DNA from: Wigglesworthia glossinidia endosymbiont of Glossina morsitans morsitans (Yale colony)
Lineage (GTDB): Bacteria; Pseudomonadota; Gammaproteobacteria; Enterobacterales; Enterobacteriaceae
Assembly (NCBI RefSeq): GCF_000247565.1
Contig: NC_016893.1
Coordinates: forward strand, 540,001 to 572,000
Length of the DNA stretch: 32,000 nucleotides
Direction: 5' to 3'
Below the pieces are notes generated by a model. It did not search any database, was not told the origin of the DNA, and saw only the letters and a list, made by a program, of their open reading frames with translations. Below are positions 8,405-18,488 of the stretch, in pieces (the stretch's first letter is position 1; each line of letters begins with the position of its first letter). Both the position numbers and the translations under genes were made by a program.

Positions 8405-8947
8405 TTACTTTTGTTTATTGTAAAAGTTTGAATTCCAATCTACTCTAATTATTTTAGAATTTTTATCAATTTTTTTTATAAAAACTTCATAAACAAATGG
8501 AATTAAATATTCTTTAAATCTTAAATGATTTTTTTTTTGAGATCGTATTACTAATATATCATGATGTGAAGATCGCAAAAAATTTACTACTTTTCCTAAA
8601 TTAAAATTTTTTGTATTAAGAACTTGTAATCCAATGATTTCGTGCAAATAATATTCGTTATTTTTTAATTTATTTAATTGCTTTTGAAATAGCATAACAT
8701 TGAGATTTGTTATCGAACTAGCTGCACATCTATTGTTAATTGCTTCTATTTTCGCAATAAACTTTTTATAATAAGTTTTCCAAGAAGTAACGTAACATTT
8801 TTGATATATGTTATTTATTTTAAATATCCAAGGTTGATATTTAAATATATTTTGAGATTTTTCTGTATATGAAATTACTTTTACCCATCCTTTTATTCCA
8901 AAAGGAGCTCCTATTTTCCCTATAGAAATTAAAATATCGTGTATCAT
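8405..8947 (-). CDS. rimM: 16S rRNA processing protein RimM
   Basis: 180 aa. IGKIGAPFGIKGWVKV.SYTE is the RimM N-terminal motif. Position between rpsP and trmD and length both match E. coli RimM (182 aa). Confidence 0.9.
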   Translation of the reverse strand: MIHDILISIGKIGAPFGIKGWVKVISYTEKSQNIFKYQPWIFKINNIYQKCYVTSWKTYYKKFIAKIEAINNRCAASSITNLNVMLFQKQLNKLKNNEYYLHEIIGLQVLNTKNFNLGKVVNFLRSSHHDILVIRSQKKNHLRFKEYLIPFVYEVFIKKIDKNSKIIRVDWNSNFYNKQK

Positions 8948-8956
8948 TAAAAATTG

Positions 8957-9199
8957 TTATTTTTTATATTGAGAGATTAATTTTTTTACTCGATTTGAAA
9001 TTTGAGCGCCTTTTTGTATCCAAAAATTTATACGGTTGATTTTTAAAGAATATGCAATAGATTTTCCTGAAGGGATTGGGTTTAAAAAACCTAATCTTTC
9101 AATAAATTTGCCATCTCTTGGTTTTCGGCTATCACTGACGATAACCTGATAGAATGGTTTGTTTCTTGAACCTTTACGTGAAAGACGGATAATAACCAT
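8957..9199 (-). CDS. rpsP: 30S ribosomal protein S16
   Basis: 80 aa. MVIIRLSRKGSRNKPFYQVIVSDSRKPRDGKFIERLGF.NP matches E. coli RpsP ([41 protein letters not shown]). Confidence 0.96.
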   Translation of the reverse strand: MVIIRLSRKGSRNKPFYQVIVSDSRKPRDGKFIERLGFLNPIPSGKSIAYSLKINRINFWIQKGAQISNRVKKLISQYKK

Positions 9200-9265
9200 A
9201 GTTTTTTATTGACTAATAAATTATAATAAATAGTACAAAATATTTTAGCATAAATTTTATTAAAT

Positions 9266-10630
9266 TTAATTTTTTCGAGGTCGAAAAGGTATTAAATTTT
9301 TAATTTTTTGCATAGTTTTTATTAATCCTTTATTTTTAATTTGTTTCATAATTTTTTCTGTATCATAAAATCTTTTTAATAATATATTTATATCTTGTAC
9401 TTTAGTGCCCGATCCAAAAGCAATTCTTTTTTTTCTAGAGCTTTTAATAATACTTGGATTATTACGTTCTTGTATAGTCATAGATTTAATAATTGCTTCC
9501 ATTTTTGTGAATAATTTATCATTTATATTTTCATTTGCACAATCTGCATATTGTGATGTTTTGGACAATTGGTGCATTACCGTTTTAATCCCACCTATTT
9601 TTTTTATTTGAGATAAATGTGATAAAAAATCATTTAAATTAAATGTTTTATTTTTTTTATCTAAAAAAGTTTTTTTTTGTTTTTTAATTTTACTAACTTG
9701 ATGTTCTACTTGCTTTATTAAAGAAAATATATCGTGCATTCCCAAAATTTTTTGTGCTAAAATTTTAGGAGAAAATATTTCTAATTGATCTACATGTTCT
9801 CCTGTTCCAATAAATTTAATTGGTTTTTTAGTGATATATCTCGCTGATAATGCAACGCCTCCACGTGCATCCCCGTCTAATTTAGTGAGAATAATTCCTG
9901 TAAGAGATAGTGTATTGCTAAAAGTTTTTATGTTGTTTATTGCATCTTGTCCCATCATAGAATCTATGACATAAAGTGTTTCTGATGGTCTGAAAATATT
10001 TTGCAATTGTTGAATTTTTTGAATCATCTTTAAGTTAGTATGCATTATTCCTGCTGTATCAATAAGTACAATGTCATGTTTCAATTTTGCTTTTTGAATA
10101 GCACTTTGAATTAAAATTTCTGCATTATTATTCAATTCTTGTACATTAAAAAAGTCTATTCCAGCTTTTTTTGCAAGATATTCTAATTGTTTTAAAGCAG
10201 CGGGTCGATGAAAATCAATAGAGATTGTTAACACATTTTTTGCATGTTTATTTTTTAAATATTTCCCTAATTTTCCAATCGTTGTAGTTTTTCCGCTACC
10301 TTGAGGTCCTACTAAAAAAATAATAGTTGGAGAATTTTTTGAATATATTAATTCTGATTGCGTACTTCCTATAATATTTATCAATTCATTATGTACAATT
10401 TTAATAAATTCTTGACCAGGTGTTAAATTTTTATTTATTTCTTTGTTTAATGCGATATTTTTAATTTCCTGAATAAATTTTTCAATAACAGGTAAGGCGA
10501 CATCTGCTTCTAAAAGTGCTATACGCACTTGACGTAAAGTATTGCCGATATTTTCCGAAGTCAATCGTCCTCTTTCGCTAATATTTTTTAAGATATTATG
10601 TAATTTATTAGATAAATTTGAAAAAATCAT
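9266..10630 (-). CDS. ffh: Signal recognition particle protein Ffh
   Basis: 454 aa. MIFSNLSNKL...RGRLTSENI...LR.VRIALLEADVALPV is present. The GTPase motifs are GPQGSGKTTT, DTAG and TKLDGDARGG. The M-domain carries RIA.GSG. Confidence 0.95.
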   Translation of the reverse strand: MIFSNLSNKLHNILKNISERGRLTSENIGNTLRQVRIALLEADVALPVIEKFIQEIKNIALNKEINKNLTPGQEFIKIVHNELINIIGSTQSELIYSKNSPTIIFLVGPQGSGKTTTIGKLGKYLKNKHAKNVLTISIDFHRPAALKQLEYLAKKAGIDFFNVQELNNNAEILIQSAIQKAKLKHDIVLIDTAGIMHTNLKMIQKIQQLQNIFRPSETLYVIDSMMGQDAINNIKTFSNTLSLTGIILTKLDGDARGGVALSARYITKKPIKFIGTGEHVDQLEIFSPKILAQKILGMHDIFSLIKQVEHQVSKIKKQKKTFLDKKNKTFNLNDFLSHLSQIKKIGGIKTVMHQLSKTSQYADCANENINDKLFTKMEAIIKSMTIQERNNPSIIKSSRKKRIAFGSGTKVQDINILLKRFYDTEKIMKQIKNKGLIKTMQKIKNLIPFRPRKN

Positions 10631-10666
10631 GTTTATTCATTAAAATTTTATATGTTATTAAATTTT

Positions 10667-12187
10667 TCAGTTTTTATTTTCAATAATTTTTTGTTTATGT
10701 AATGAAACTTTGGATTCTCTTTTTAGATTTTTTTCGCTTAATACTTTTAGTTTTTCTTTTTTCCAATGCAATTGATATGATTTTGCTAATTTTAACCCTA
10801 AATTTTCAAATCCGACATCCATAGTATGTCTGAACACTTTTCCTGACAAAGTCATGTTAGGCTGCTCTAACATTTCAAATAAATCATGAAAAATTTTTTT
10901 ATAAATATCTTTTTTTTTATTATAATATAAAATTTCTGCTATGTATTGCAAATCTTGTAATAAATTTTTTAATATATCGGATAATTTTTTTTCTTTATGC
11001 TCTAAATATGATATTAATTTAATATTTGGTTTACGTCCTTTTAATGCAACTCGATTCCAGTTTTCATGAATAAACTTTAATTCTGTATTACTAATCGGCG
11101 GAGATTGTACTAAAATACACCAAATTAAAAATAAATCTAAAAAATATATTTGATGTTTTTTTAATCCAATTGGAGAAAATGGATTAATATCTAAAGAACG
11201 AATTTCTACATATTCAATTCCTTTTGAATGTAAAGCATGAAATAGAGATTCGTTAATTTTTAATGTACGTTTTGGACGAATAGGAGTATATAACTCATTT
11301 ACTTTTTGTAATAAATTTGTATTTAATTGAAGGTAACGCTTATTTTTTTTTATACCGATTTTTTGATATTTTGAATAAGGCGTTTGTGTTGCCTTAAAAA
11401 GAGCTTCGATATATTCTGTTAAGTTATTAAATTTTATTTTTATTTTTTTTTGAACTTTGTTGATATAACCTATTTCACTTAATCTCAATGATGTTGCATA
11501 AGGTAAATATATATCGCCATATTTATTTTTTTTAAATGGTAATTTAACATTTATTTTTTTTAGAAATGAAGAATGTACAACCGGTGATGCTCCAAAATAA
11601 TATGTCATAATCCAACCAAGACGATAATAATTTCTTATCAAATTTAAATATCCCTCTGATGAAACCATTTTTATAGAATCTTTTTTACAAAAAACATGAT
11701 ATTCATTCCAAAATTTTTTACTGAAAGAAATATTATAATGTATTCCAGATATTATTTGAACACGAGCTCCATATCTATTTTTCAATCCGAAACGATAAAT
11801 ATTTTTGATTTTACCTAATTCTGAATTTCCATACTGTGCTATTAAAATAGATAATTCATTTTTTATTTTACATGGCATACTCATAGGCCACAAAAATTCA
11901 TGATGTAGATTGTTTGTAACAAATTTGTGTAAATCTTGTAAAAAATTTATCATATTTTCTATATTTTTATTTACTGGAGTAATTAGTTCTAGTAATGATT
12001 CGGCAAAATCAGTAGTAATCCAATTATGTGTTAAAGGGGATCCAAATAATTTTGGATGCAAAGTTTTTGAAATATTTCCATCATAATCAACGCGTAAAGT
12101 TTCTCTTTCTATACCTCTAAATATAATTTTAAATATTTCTGAATTTTCTTTAATCCAAGGAAATATTTTAGATGCTGTTGGTAACAA
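10667..12187 (-). CDS. gshA: Glutamate-cysteine ligase (gamma-glutamylcysteine synthetase)
   Basis: 506 aa, collinear with E. coli GshA (GIERETLRV, LTH.WITTDFAE.LLE.ITPV, WP.SMPC, GLKNRYGA...ISG.HYN.S, RNYYR.GW, YLPYATSLRLS..GY.NK, LY.PIRPKR, GIEY.E.RSLDINPFSPIG). The start is a TTG at 12187, preceded by AGAGGT 5 nt upstream. Confidence 0.93.
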   Translation of the reverse strand: MLPTASKIFPWIKENSEIFKIIFRGIERETLRVDYDGNISKTLHPKLFGSPLTHNWITTDFAESLLELITPVNKNIENMINFLQDLHKFVTNNLHHEFLWPMSMPCKIKNELSILIAQYGNSELGKIKNIYRFGLKNRYGARVQIISGIHYNISFSKKFWNEYHVFCKKDSIKMVSSEGYLNLIRNYYRLGWIMTYYFGASPVVHSSFLKKINVKLPFKKNKYGDIYLPYATSLRLSEIGYINKVQKKIKIKFNNLTEYIEALFKATQTPYSKYQKIGIKKNKRYLQLNTNLLQKVNELYTPIRPKRTLKINESLFHALHSKGIEYVEIRSLDINPFSPIGLKKHQIYFLDLFLIWCILVQSPPISNTELKFIHENWNRVALKGRKPNIKLISYLEHKEKKLSDILKNLLQDLQYIAEILYYNKKKDIYKKIFHDLFEMLEQPNMTLSGKVFRHTMDVGFENLGLKLAKSYQLHWKKEKLKVLSEKNLKRESKVSLHKQKIIENKN

Positions 12188-12492
12188 ATTTACCTCTCAT
12201 TGTTTTTTGTAATATTAATATTATTGATAAGTATTTATTCTAAATCTTTTAAGATTGTAAACTAATATAGTAAAATGCAAATTTATTTTATAAATTAAAA
12301 TAAATTTTTTAATATTTAATATATTAAGTATATGTTACATTTGATGATATACAATATATGATTATTATTTTCATATATCTTTGATTACAGAATGACATAA
12401 AAAGTTATCTTGTATACAATAGTAATTAAATAAAACTTAATATGTTAAATATTTTAATTATATATAATAGTAGTATTATTTAATATTTTTAT

Positions 12493-13581
12493 TTATTGTA
12501 TGATATTTAATTTTTCTATTAACCAATGACAACAGTTTTGATATTGTTTTGGTAATTTCTTTTCTAGAGTTATTATGCTATTTTTTAATGCTTCATAATG
12601 ATTTGAAATTAAATTTATATGACCCATTTTTCTATACTTAGAAATACTTTTATTGTACCAATGTAAACATAGCAAAGGATCGTTTAACCAAGCTATATTG
12701 AGATAATTACCAATTATATTAATCATTACAGAAAAACAATTTATTTTAGGAATAGGCATAGGAAGATCTAATATAGATCGAAGATGTAATTCAAATTGAT
12801 TTATAGAAGAACTATTTTGTGTCCAATGACCACTATTATGGACTCTTGGAGATATTTCATTAATAATAATTTCGTTATTTTTTAAAACAAAAAATTCCAT
12901 TGCTATTATTCCAATATAATTTGTTGATCTCATGAAACTACTTAAAATTGATTCTGATTTTTCTTGTAGCAAATAATAATTTTTAATATCAGGAATACTG
13001 CATCTTAATATCCCCTGTTCATGGAAGTTACATGTTATTGGATAAAACACTATTTTTCCGAATTTATTTCTAGCTCCAATGAGAGAAATTTCTTCTACAA
13101 AATTAATTTTTTTTTCAGCAATATAATTCTCGTAAATTTTTATATTAAATTTTTTTTTGTCTTTAAATGACAATTGATATTGATTTTTCCCGTTATATCC
13201 TCCTGTTCTTTTTTTTAAGATGATATTATCTCCAAGAGTGTAAAAAATTGTTTTCCATTGAGAAAATTTTTGAATTTTTATCCATGAAGCAGTAGGTAAT
13301 TGTAATTTATCAATTAATTCTTTTTGATATAATCTATCTACAATTAACGGCAAAATATTACGATTAATGAATGTATTATTTTTACATATTTTTTGAATGA
13401 ATTTTGTTTTTTTCCAATGTTCTACTTCTACAGTAATAACACTATTTTTATGCAAAATAGTATTAAATTTTATTTGATTTTTTACGTTAATAGGAATTAC
13501 TGGAATTCCTAAAACTGATCCGGATTGAAATAGCATAAGAGATAATTGCCCATCTCCAATAACATACACAAATTTTTTCAT
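12493..13581 (-). CDS. purK: N5-carboxyaminoimidazole ribonucleotide synthase
   Basis: 362 aa. GDGQL..ML, DRL.QK, LPTA.W, K...GGY.GK.Q, LIGAR, FYP...N.H..GILR, INE..PRVHNSGHWTQN....NQFELHLR.I.DLP and KMGHINL match E. coli PurK. It overlaps purE by 4 nt. Confidence 0.93.
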   Translation of the reverse strand: MKKFVYVIGDGQLSLMLFQSGSVLGIPVIPINVKNQIKFNTILHKNSVITVEVEHWKKTKFIQKICKNNTFINRNILPLIVDRLYQKELIDKLQLPTASWIKIQKFSQWKTIFYTLGDNIILKKRTGGYNGKNQYQLSFKDKKKFNIKIYENYIAEKKINFVEEISLIGARNKFGKIVFYPITCNFHEQGILRCSIPDIKNYYLLQEKSESILSSFMRSTNYIGIIAMEFFVLKNNEIIINEISPRVHNSGHWTQNSSSINQFELHLRSILDLPMPIPKINCFSVMINIIGNYLNIAWLNDPLLCLHWYNKSISKYRKMGHINLISNHYEALKNSIITLEKKLPKQYQNCCHWLIEKLNIIQ

Positions 13582-14078
13582 ATATTTATAGGTTTATAAT
13601 TTAATATCTTGTGAGTAATATCATTTCTTCTATTTTTAATGCGTATATGCAATGGTTTATCATGTAGCGCAAGAATTTGAGCAGCTAATATAGCTGCATT
13701 TATTGCACCTGATTTTCCAATAGCTAATGTGCCTACTGGAACTTCAGATGGCATTTGAACAATTGAATATAAGCTATCCAGTCCTTTTAGTTGTTTAGTT
13801 TCTACAGGAACGCCTAAAACAGGCAACAATGTCTTCGATGCTAACATTCCGGGTAGATGAGCAGCTCCTCCAGCACCTGCAATTAATATATGATATCCAA
13901 TTTTTTTAGCTTGTTCTGCAAACTTAAATAATTGATCTGGAGTACGATGAGCAGAAATTACTTTAAGATCAAAATTAATTTGTAGTTCTTTGAGAGTATA
14001 TGCGCAATGTTTGAGTGTATTCCAGTCGCTGATTGATCCCATAATAACGGCAATTTTTTTTTGATTAGTATTATGCAT
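13578..14078 (-). CDS. purE: N5-carboxyaminoimidazole ribonucleotide mutase
   Basis: 166 aa. IAVIMGSISDW, SAHRTPD, IIAGAGGAAHLPGM.AS.T..PV.GVP, L.G.DSL.SIVQMP..VPVGTLAIG..GA.NAA are classic PurE class I motifs. Confidence 0.95.
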   Translation of the reverse strand: MHNTNQKKIAVIMGSISDWNTLKHCAYTLKELQINFDLKVISAHRTPDQLFKFAEQAKKIGYHILIAGAGGAAHLPGMLASKTLLPVLGVPVETKQLKGLDSLYSIVQMPSEVPVGTLAIGKSGAINAAILAAQILALHDKPLHIRIKNRRNDITHKILNYKPINI

Positions 14079-14183
14079 ATTGTATATTTTTTAATATTTA
14101 ACTATTTATAAAAAATTGAAATTTTTTATTTTTAAAATGAAAATTTAATTTTAAATTATATAAATCAAATTTTTTATTTATTT

Positions 14184-14933
14184 TTAAATTTTTTCCAAAG
14201 TGTAAGAGATAGTAGAATTAAAGTATTTTGAAAATTTAATTAACGATAGTTTATTTTTTATTTCCAATACATAACCTGCTTTATCCCACATTCCTAAAAC
14301 TATTCTATAATGATTTTTAGGTAAGCGATGAATTCTTGGAAGATGAGTATGTCCGTGAATCATAATGCTTGCATTTTTTTTTTGCATTAGATTTAATGCG
14401 TACGTATCGTTTACATCCATAATTTTACTTTTTTTATTTTTATTATTTATAATGCTTTTATTTCTAACAAAAGTACTAATTTTAATACGCCATGATAATG
14501 GCAAATTTAAAAAAAATTTTTTCAGCCAATTTTTATTAATAATTTTTCTAAATTTTTGATATTTTTGATCATATGTACAAAGCGTATCTCCATGCAAAAT
14601 TATAGTTGATTTTCCATTCAAATTTATTATTGTACCGTTTGGTAGAATAGAAATATTTGCTAATTTTGCGTATTTTTTTCCAATTAAAAAATCTCGATTA
14701 CCATGTATAAAATAACAAGAAGTACCTTTTATAACAAGATTTTTTAATACTTGTGAGATTTTTAGTGAAATATCATCAATATAGTCGTCTCCAATCCATA
14801 TATCAAATAAGTCACCTAAAATATATAAAGCATTTGCGCTGCTTGCTTGATATTTTAAAAAATTTAAAAATAAATTTATTATATTTGGATTGTTTTGATT
14901 TAAATGAACGTCTGAAATAAATAATATTTTCAT
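14184..14933 (-). CDS. lpxH: UDP-2,3-diacylglucosamine pyrophosphatase LpxH
   Basis: 249 aa. FISDVHL, ALYILGDLFD.WIGDD, CYFIHGNRDFL.GK, ILHGDTLCT.D..YQ.FR and MIHGHTH.P are the calcineurin-like metallophosphoesterase motifs of E. coli LpxH. It is adjacent to purE, as in E. coli. Confidence 0.92.
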   Translation of the reverse strand: MKILFISDVHLNQNNPNIINLFLNFLKYQASSANALYILGDLFDIWIGDDYIDDISLKISQVLKNLVIKGTSCYFIHGNRDFLIGKKYAKLANISILPNGTIINLNGKSTIILHGDTLCTYDQKYQKFRKIINKNWLKKFFLNLPLSWRIKISTFVRNKSIINNKNKKSKIMDVNDTYALNLMQKKNASIMIHGHTHLPRIHRLPKNHYRIVLGMWDKAGYVLEIKNKLSLIKFSKYFNSTISYTLEKI

Positions 14934-15065
14934 TTTTTTATATTTGTTAAATTTAATTATGATATTAATCTATTTTAGTTTTTAAAAAAATTCATTTTAT
15001 TTTATTTGTAATTTTATTACAGTTTTATATAATATTATATACAACTTTTATCAAAATTCGAAAAT

Positions 15066-16469
15066 ATGATAAAAATTTTTAATACACTAAACAAAAAAAA
15101 AGAAAAACTAGTGCCTATTTGTTCTAAAATGATCAATATGTATGTTTGCGGTATTACTGTTTATGATTTATGTCATATAGGTCATGCACGGACATTAATT
15201 TTTTTTGACGTGGTTTTTAGATATTTGCAATATATAGGATATAACGTTAATTATGTAAGAAATATTACTGATATTGATGATAAAATTATTAAGCGTGCTC
15301 ACAAAAGAAAAGAAACGTATGATCAATTATCTAACGCTATGATTTATGAAATGCAAAAAGATTGTAAAATGCTTAATTTAATCCCTCCCAAGTATGAACC
15401 GCGTGTTACTAATTATATGAATGAAATTATTAATATGATTCAAATTCTCTATGAAAAAGGACATGCATATATTAATTACGACAACGACGTTTTATTTAAT
15501 CTTTCTACATACAAAAACTATGGGGTATTTTCTAAAAAAATAAAATTTTTTTTAAGTACAAAAAATATAAAACATCATACTTTTTTTCAAAAGGAAAAAA
15601 ACTGCGATTTTGTTTTATGGAAACATGCAAAATCTAATGAACCCAGTTGGCCTTCACCATGGGGAAAAGGACGTCCTGGATGGCATATCGAATGTTCTGC
15701 TATTAATTATGGAATATTTGGAAAAAATTGTGATATTCACGGAGGAGGTGCAGATTTAATATTTCCACATCACGAAAATGAAGTAGCACAATCCGTCTGT
15801 GCGCATACAGGAGCGCAAGTAAACATGTGGATGCATACAGGCATGGTAATGTATAAAAATAATAAAATGTCTAAATCTTTGGGAAATTATTATACGATTA
15901 AATCGTGTTTAAAAAAATATCATCCTGATGTAATACGATATTTTTTAACTTCTTCGCATTATCGAAGTCAAATTAATTATACTAATACGAGCTTAAAGCA
16001 AGCATATTATGCAGTTAAGCGTCTTTATTTTGCATTATTAGGCACAATGAGTTTGCCAATACAATATAAAAAAAATAAATTTTATTTAAAATTTTTATCG
16101 GCTATGAACGACGATTTTAATACTCCTAAAGCATACGCAATATTATTTACTTTAGCACGTAAAATTAATTCTTATAAAGAAAAAAACATGCATCAAGCAA
16201 ACAAATTAAGTACTATATTACGTGTTTTATCTAATTTATTAGGAATTTTATATGACAATCCTGACAATTTTTTAAATAGACATTTAAATTTATCACAAAA
16301 TAAAATTCAACAAATAAATACTTTAATTCAAGAACGTGAAATAGATAGAAAATTCCATAAATGGAAGGCAGCAGATATTAAAAGAGAACAATTAAAATCT
16401 ATGGGTATCATTTTGACAGATACTAAAAATGGAACAAGGTGGTTTATTAAAAATAATAAAAAATTATAA
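15066..16469 (+). CDS. cysS: Cysteinyl-tRNA synthetase
   Basis: 467 aa. M.KIFNTL..KKE...P......MYVCGITVYDLCHIGHARTL..FDVV.RYL contains the HIGH motif. GRPGWHIECSA and the KMSKS motif (NNKMSKSLGN) are also present. Confidence 0.96.
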   Translation: MIKIFNTLNKKKEKLVPICSKMINMYVCGITVYDLCHIGHARTLIFFDVVFRYLQYIGYNVNYVRNITDIDDKIIKRAHKRKETYDQLSNAMIYEMQKDCKMLNLIPPKYEPRVTNYMNEIINMIQILYEKGHAYINYDNDVLFNLSTYKNYGVFSKKIKFFLSTKNIKHHTFFQKEKNCDFVLWKHAKSNEPSWPSPWGKGRPGWHIECSAINYGIFGKNCDIHGGGADLIFPHHENEVAQSVCAHTGAQVNMWMHTGMVMYKNNKMSKSLGNYYTIKSCLKKYHPDVIRYFLTSSHYRSQINYTNTSLKQAYYAVKRLYFALLGTMSLPIQYKKNKFYLKFLSAMNDDFNTPKAYAILFTLARKINSYKEKNMHQANKLSTILRVLSNLLGILYDNPDNFLNRHLNLSQNKIQQINTLIQEREIDRKFHKWKAADIKREQLKSMGIILTDTKNGTRWFIKNNKKL

Positions 16470-16485
16470 AACAAACTTTATCTAT

Positions 16486-17352
16486 TTATTTTTTGAAATA
16501 ATTAAGATGTTTTAAATAAATTTGCACGGTGTTTTCTATTAACATAGCAACAGTCATTGGACCTATTCCTCCAGGAACAGGAGTGATATAAGATGCCACC
16601 TGCATAGCATCTCGATAATTTACATCTCCTACTATTTTTCCATTACTTAATCGATTAATACCGACATCTATTACGATAGCTCCAGGCTTAATCCAATTTC
16701 CAGGAATAAATTCAGCTTTTCCCACTGCAACAATTAATAGTTCTGCGTTTTTAATGTGTTTTTCAAGATCTATGGTAAAACGATGAGTTATAGTAACTGT
16801 GCAACCTAATAGTAACAATTCTAAACTCATTGGACGTCCTACAATATTAGAGGCACCTACTATAACTGCATGCAGTCCTATAAAATTTATTTGATAGTAT
16901 TGCAGTAGTTTAATAATCCCTTTTGGAGTACATGGACGTATATCTGGATACCTTTGGCATAATTTACCTATGTTGCATGGATGAAAACCATCTACATCCT
17001 TATAAGGAGATATTGTTTTTAATATATGAAAGCTATTTAATTTGCTTGGTAGTGGTAACTGTACTAAAATACCATCTATTAAATTATTACGATTTAATTT
17101 TTTAATTAATGTAATTAACTTTAATTCAGATATGTTTTCTGCAAAATGATAAAAATATGAAGTTAATCCTATTTTTTGACATATTTTTTTTTTATTAGAT
17201 ACATAAATTCTAGAAGCTGGATTATTTCCAACTAAAATCATAGCTAAAGATGCCGGACGCATGCCTTGTAGAAAAAAATATTTTAAATTTTTGTGTATTT
17301 TATGGATAATTTTATTAGCAACGAGACTTCCATTGATTATTTTTGCTATCAT
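16486..17352 (-). CDS. folD: Bifunctional methylenetetrahydrofolate dehydrogenase/methenyl-THF cyclohydrolase
   Basis: 288 aa, the E. coli length. It carries IINGSLVA, P.LA.ILVG.NPAS..YV..K.K, DGILVQLPLP, KDVDGFHP.N.G.L, PCTP.GI..LL, GAS.IVGRPM..ELL and ITPVPGG.GPMTVA.L..NT. Confidence 0.95.
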   Translation of the reverse strand: MIAKIINGSLVANKIIHKIHKNLKYFFLQGMRPASLAMILVGNNPASRIYVSNKKKICQKIGLTSYFYHFAENISELKLITLIKKLNRNNLIDGILVQLPLPSKLNSFHILKTISPYKDVDGFHPCNIGKLCQRYPDIRPCTPKGIIKLLQYYQINFIGLHAVIVGASNIVGRPMSLELLLLGCTVTITHRFTIDLEKHIKNAELLIVAVGKAEFIPGNWIKPGAIVIDVGINRLSNGKIVGDVNYRDAMQVASYITPVPGGIGPMTVAMLIENTVQIYLKHLNYFKK

Positions 17353-17501
17353 TTTGTAATTAATATAATATTTAATATAGATAATTTAGAATAGATAGTA
17401 TAAAAATTAAAGAAAAATTAAATTTTTTTTATTTAAAAATTTTTTAAAAATATAATTTTATAATATAGATTTAAAAGACTTTTTAATATAATATGAATTT
17501 G

Positions 17502-17575
<74 letters not shown>

Positions 17576-17736
17576 ATTACTTTATGTGTTATAAAACTTT
17601 TTTAAAAATCAAGTATTAAATTAAAAAAAATTTGATTATTCAGTTTTTTAAAATTTTTTTATACGAAATAAGTAAAAATATATTATATTTTATAAAAATA
17701 TATTCTTTATTGTAAATAAGCAATTAATGATATTAT

Positions 17737-18486
17737 TTATTTAATACTCAACAAAGTTTGTAACAAATTTTGATTTTTTGAAGAACTAGATAAAATTATA
17801 TTTCTCCAACCTAAGTGGTAAGCAGTAGAATATATTCTATGGCTTACAACCACTAATTTACACTGAATAATAAATAATGTTCGATAATGTATTGGAATAA
17901 GACCGTGAATTCTTATTAATATTGTGCAACTAGTTACTACTAATGTATTAATTTGAAAATATTTTATTATTTTTAATATCTGATTTTGCTCATATTGAAT
18001 AAAATTACGATAGTAACATTCGCAACTTATTATATTTGCTTTATAAAGTTTTAAACAAACTTTTAATTTTTTTCTTCCATTATTTCCTTTTAAAATCAAT
18101 ACATTTTTTTTTTTCAAATTAAATTGAGATAATAATTCTATTAAATTTTCACTAGTATTGCCATATTTTGAATAATTTGCTTTGATCCCACTTATTTTAG
18201 TGAAATATTGCGCACTTGTATGACCGATGGCATAATAACGCACGTATTTTGGCCAATTTAATTTTTCCAAAATTATTTGTGAATTTGCATAATAAACAGC
18301 ACGAGGAGAAACTATACATATCAGATCTTTATAAAATAAAGATGCTAATAATTTTTGTAGAATAATTAAATCTTTTCCTGGAGTAAAATATATTAGTGGT
18401 AAGTACCATGCTTTTTCCCCATAAGCTCTTAGCATTTTAACAAGATATTTGCCGTCCGGATATGGTCGTGTAATTAAAATGTTCAT
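17737..18486 (-). CDS. hemD: Uroporphyrinogen-III synthase
   Basis: 249 aa. MNILITRPYPDG..LV..LR..G..AW..PLI.F.PG aligns with E. coli HemD MSILVTRPSPAGEELVSRLRTLGQVAWHFPLIEFSPG. VVTS and LVVVS.R are present. It sits directly downstream of hemC. Confidence 0.88.
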   Translation of the reverse strand: MNILITRPYPDGKYLVKMLRAYGEKAWYLPLIYFTPGKDLIILQKLLASLFYKDLICIVSPRAVYYANSQIILEKLNWPKYVRYYAIGHTSAQYFTKISGIKANYSKYGNTSENLIELLSQFNLKKKNVLILKGNNGRKKLKVCLKLYKANIISCECYYRNFIQYEQNQILKIIKYFQINTLVVTSCTILIRIHGLIPIHYRTLFIIQCKLVVVSHRIYSTAYHLGWRNIILSSSSKNQNLLQTLLSIK

Positions 18487-18488
18487 AT

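Noticed and set aside
12188-12492. A MicA-like sRNA or other conserved element in the 305-nt spacer upstream of gshA
   Set aside because: No stretch resembles the conserved MicA sequence as I recall it or its GC-rich terminator hairpin. The region is featureless AT-rich sequence.
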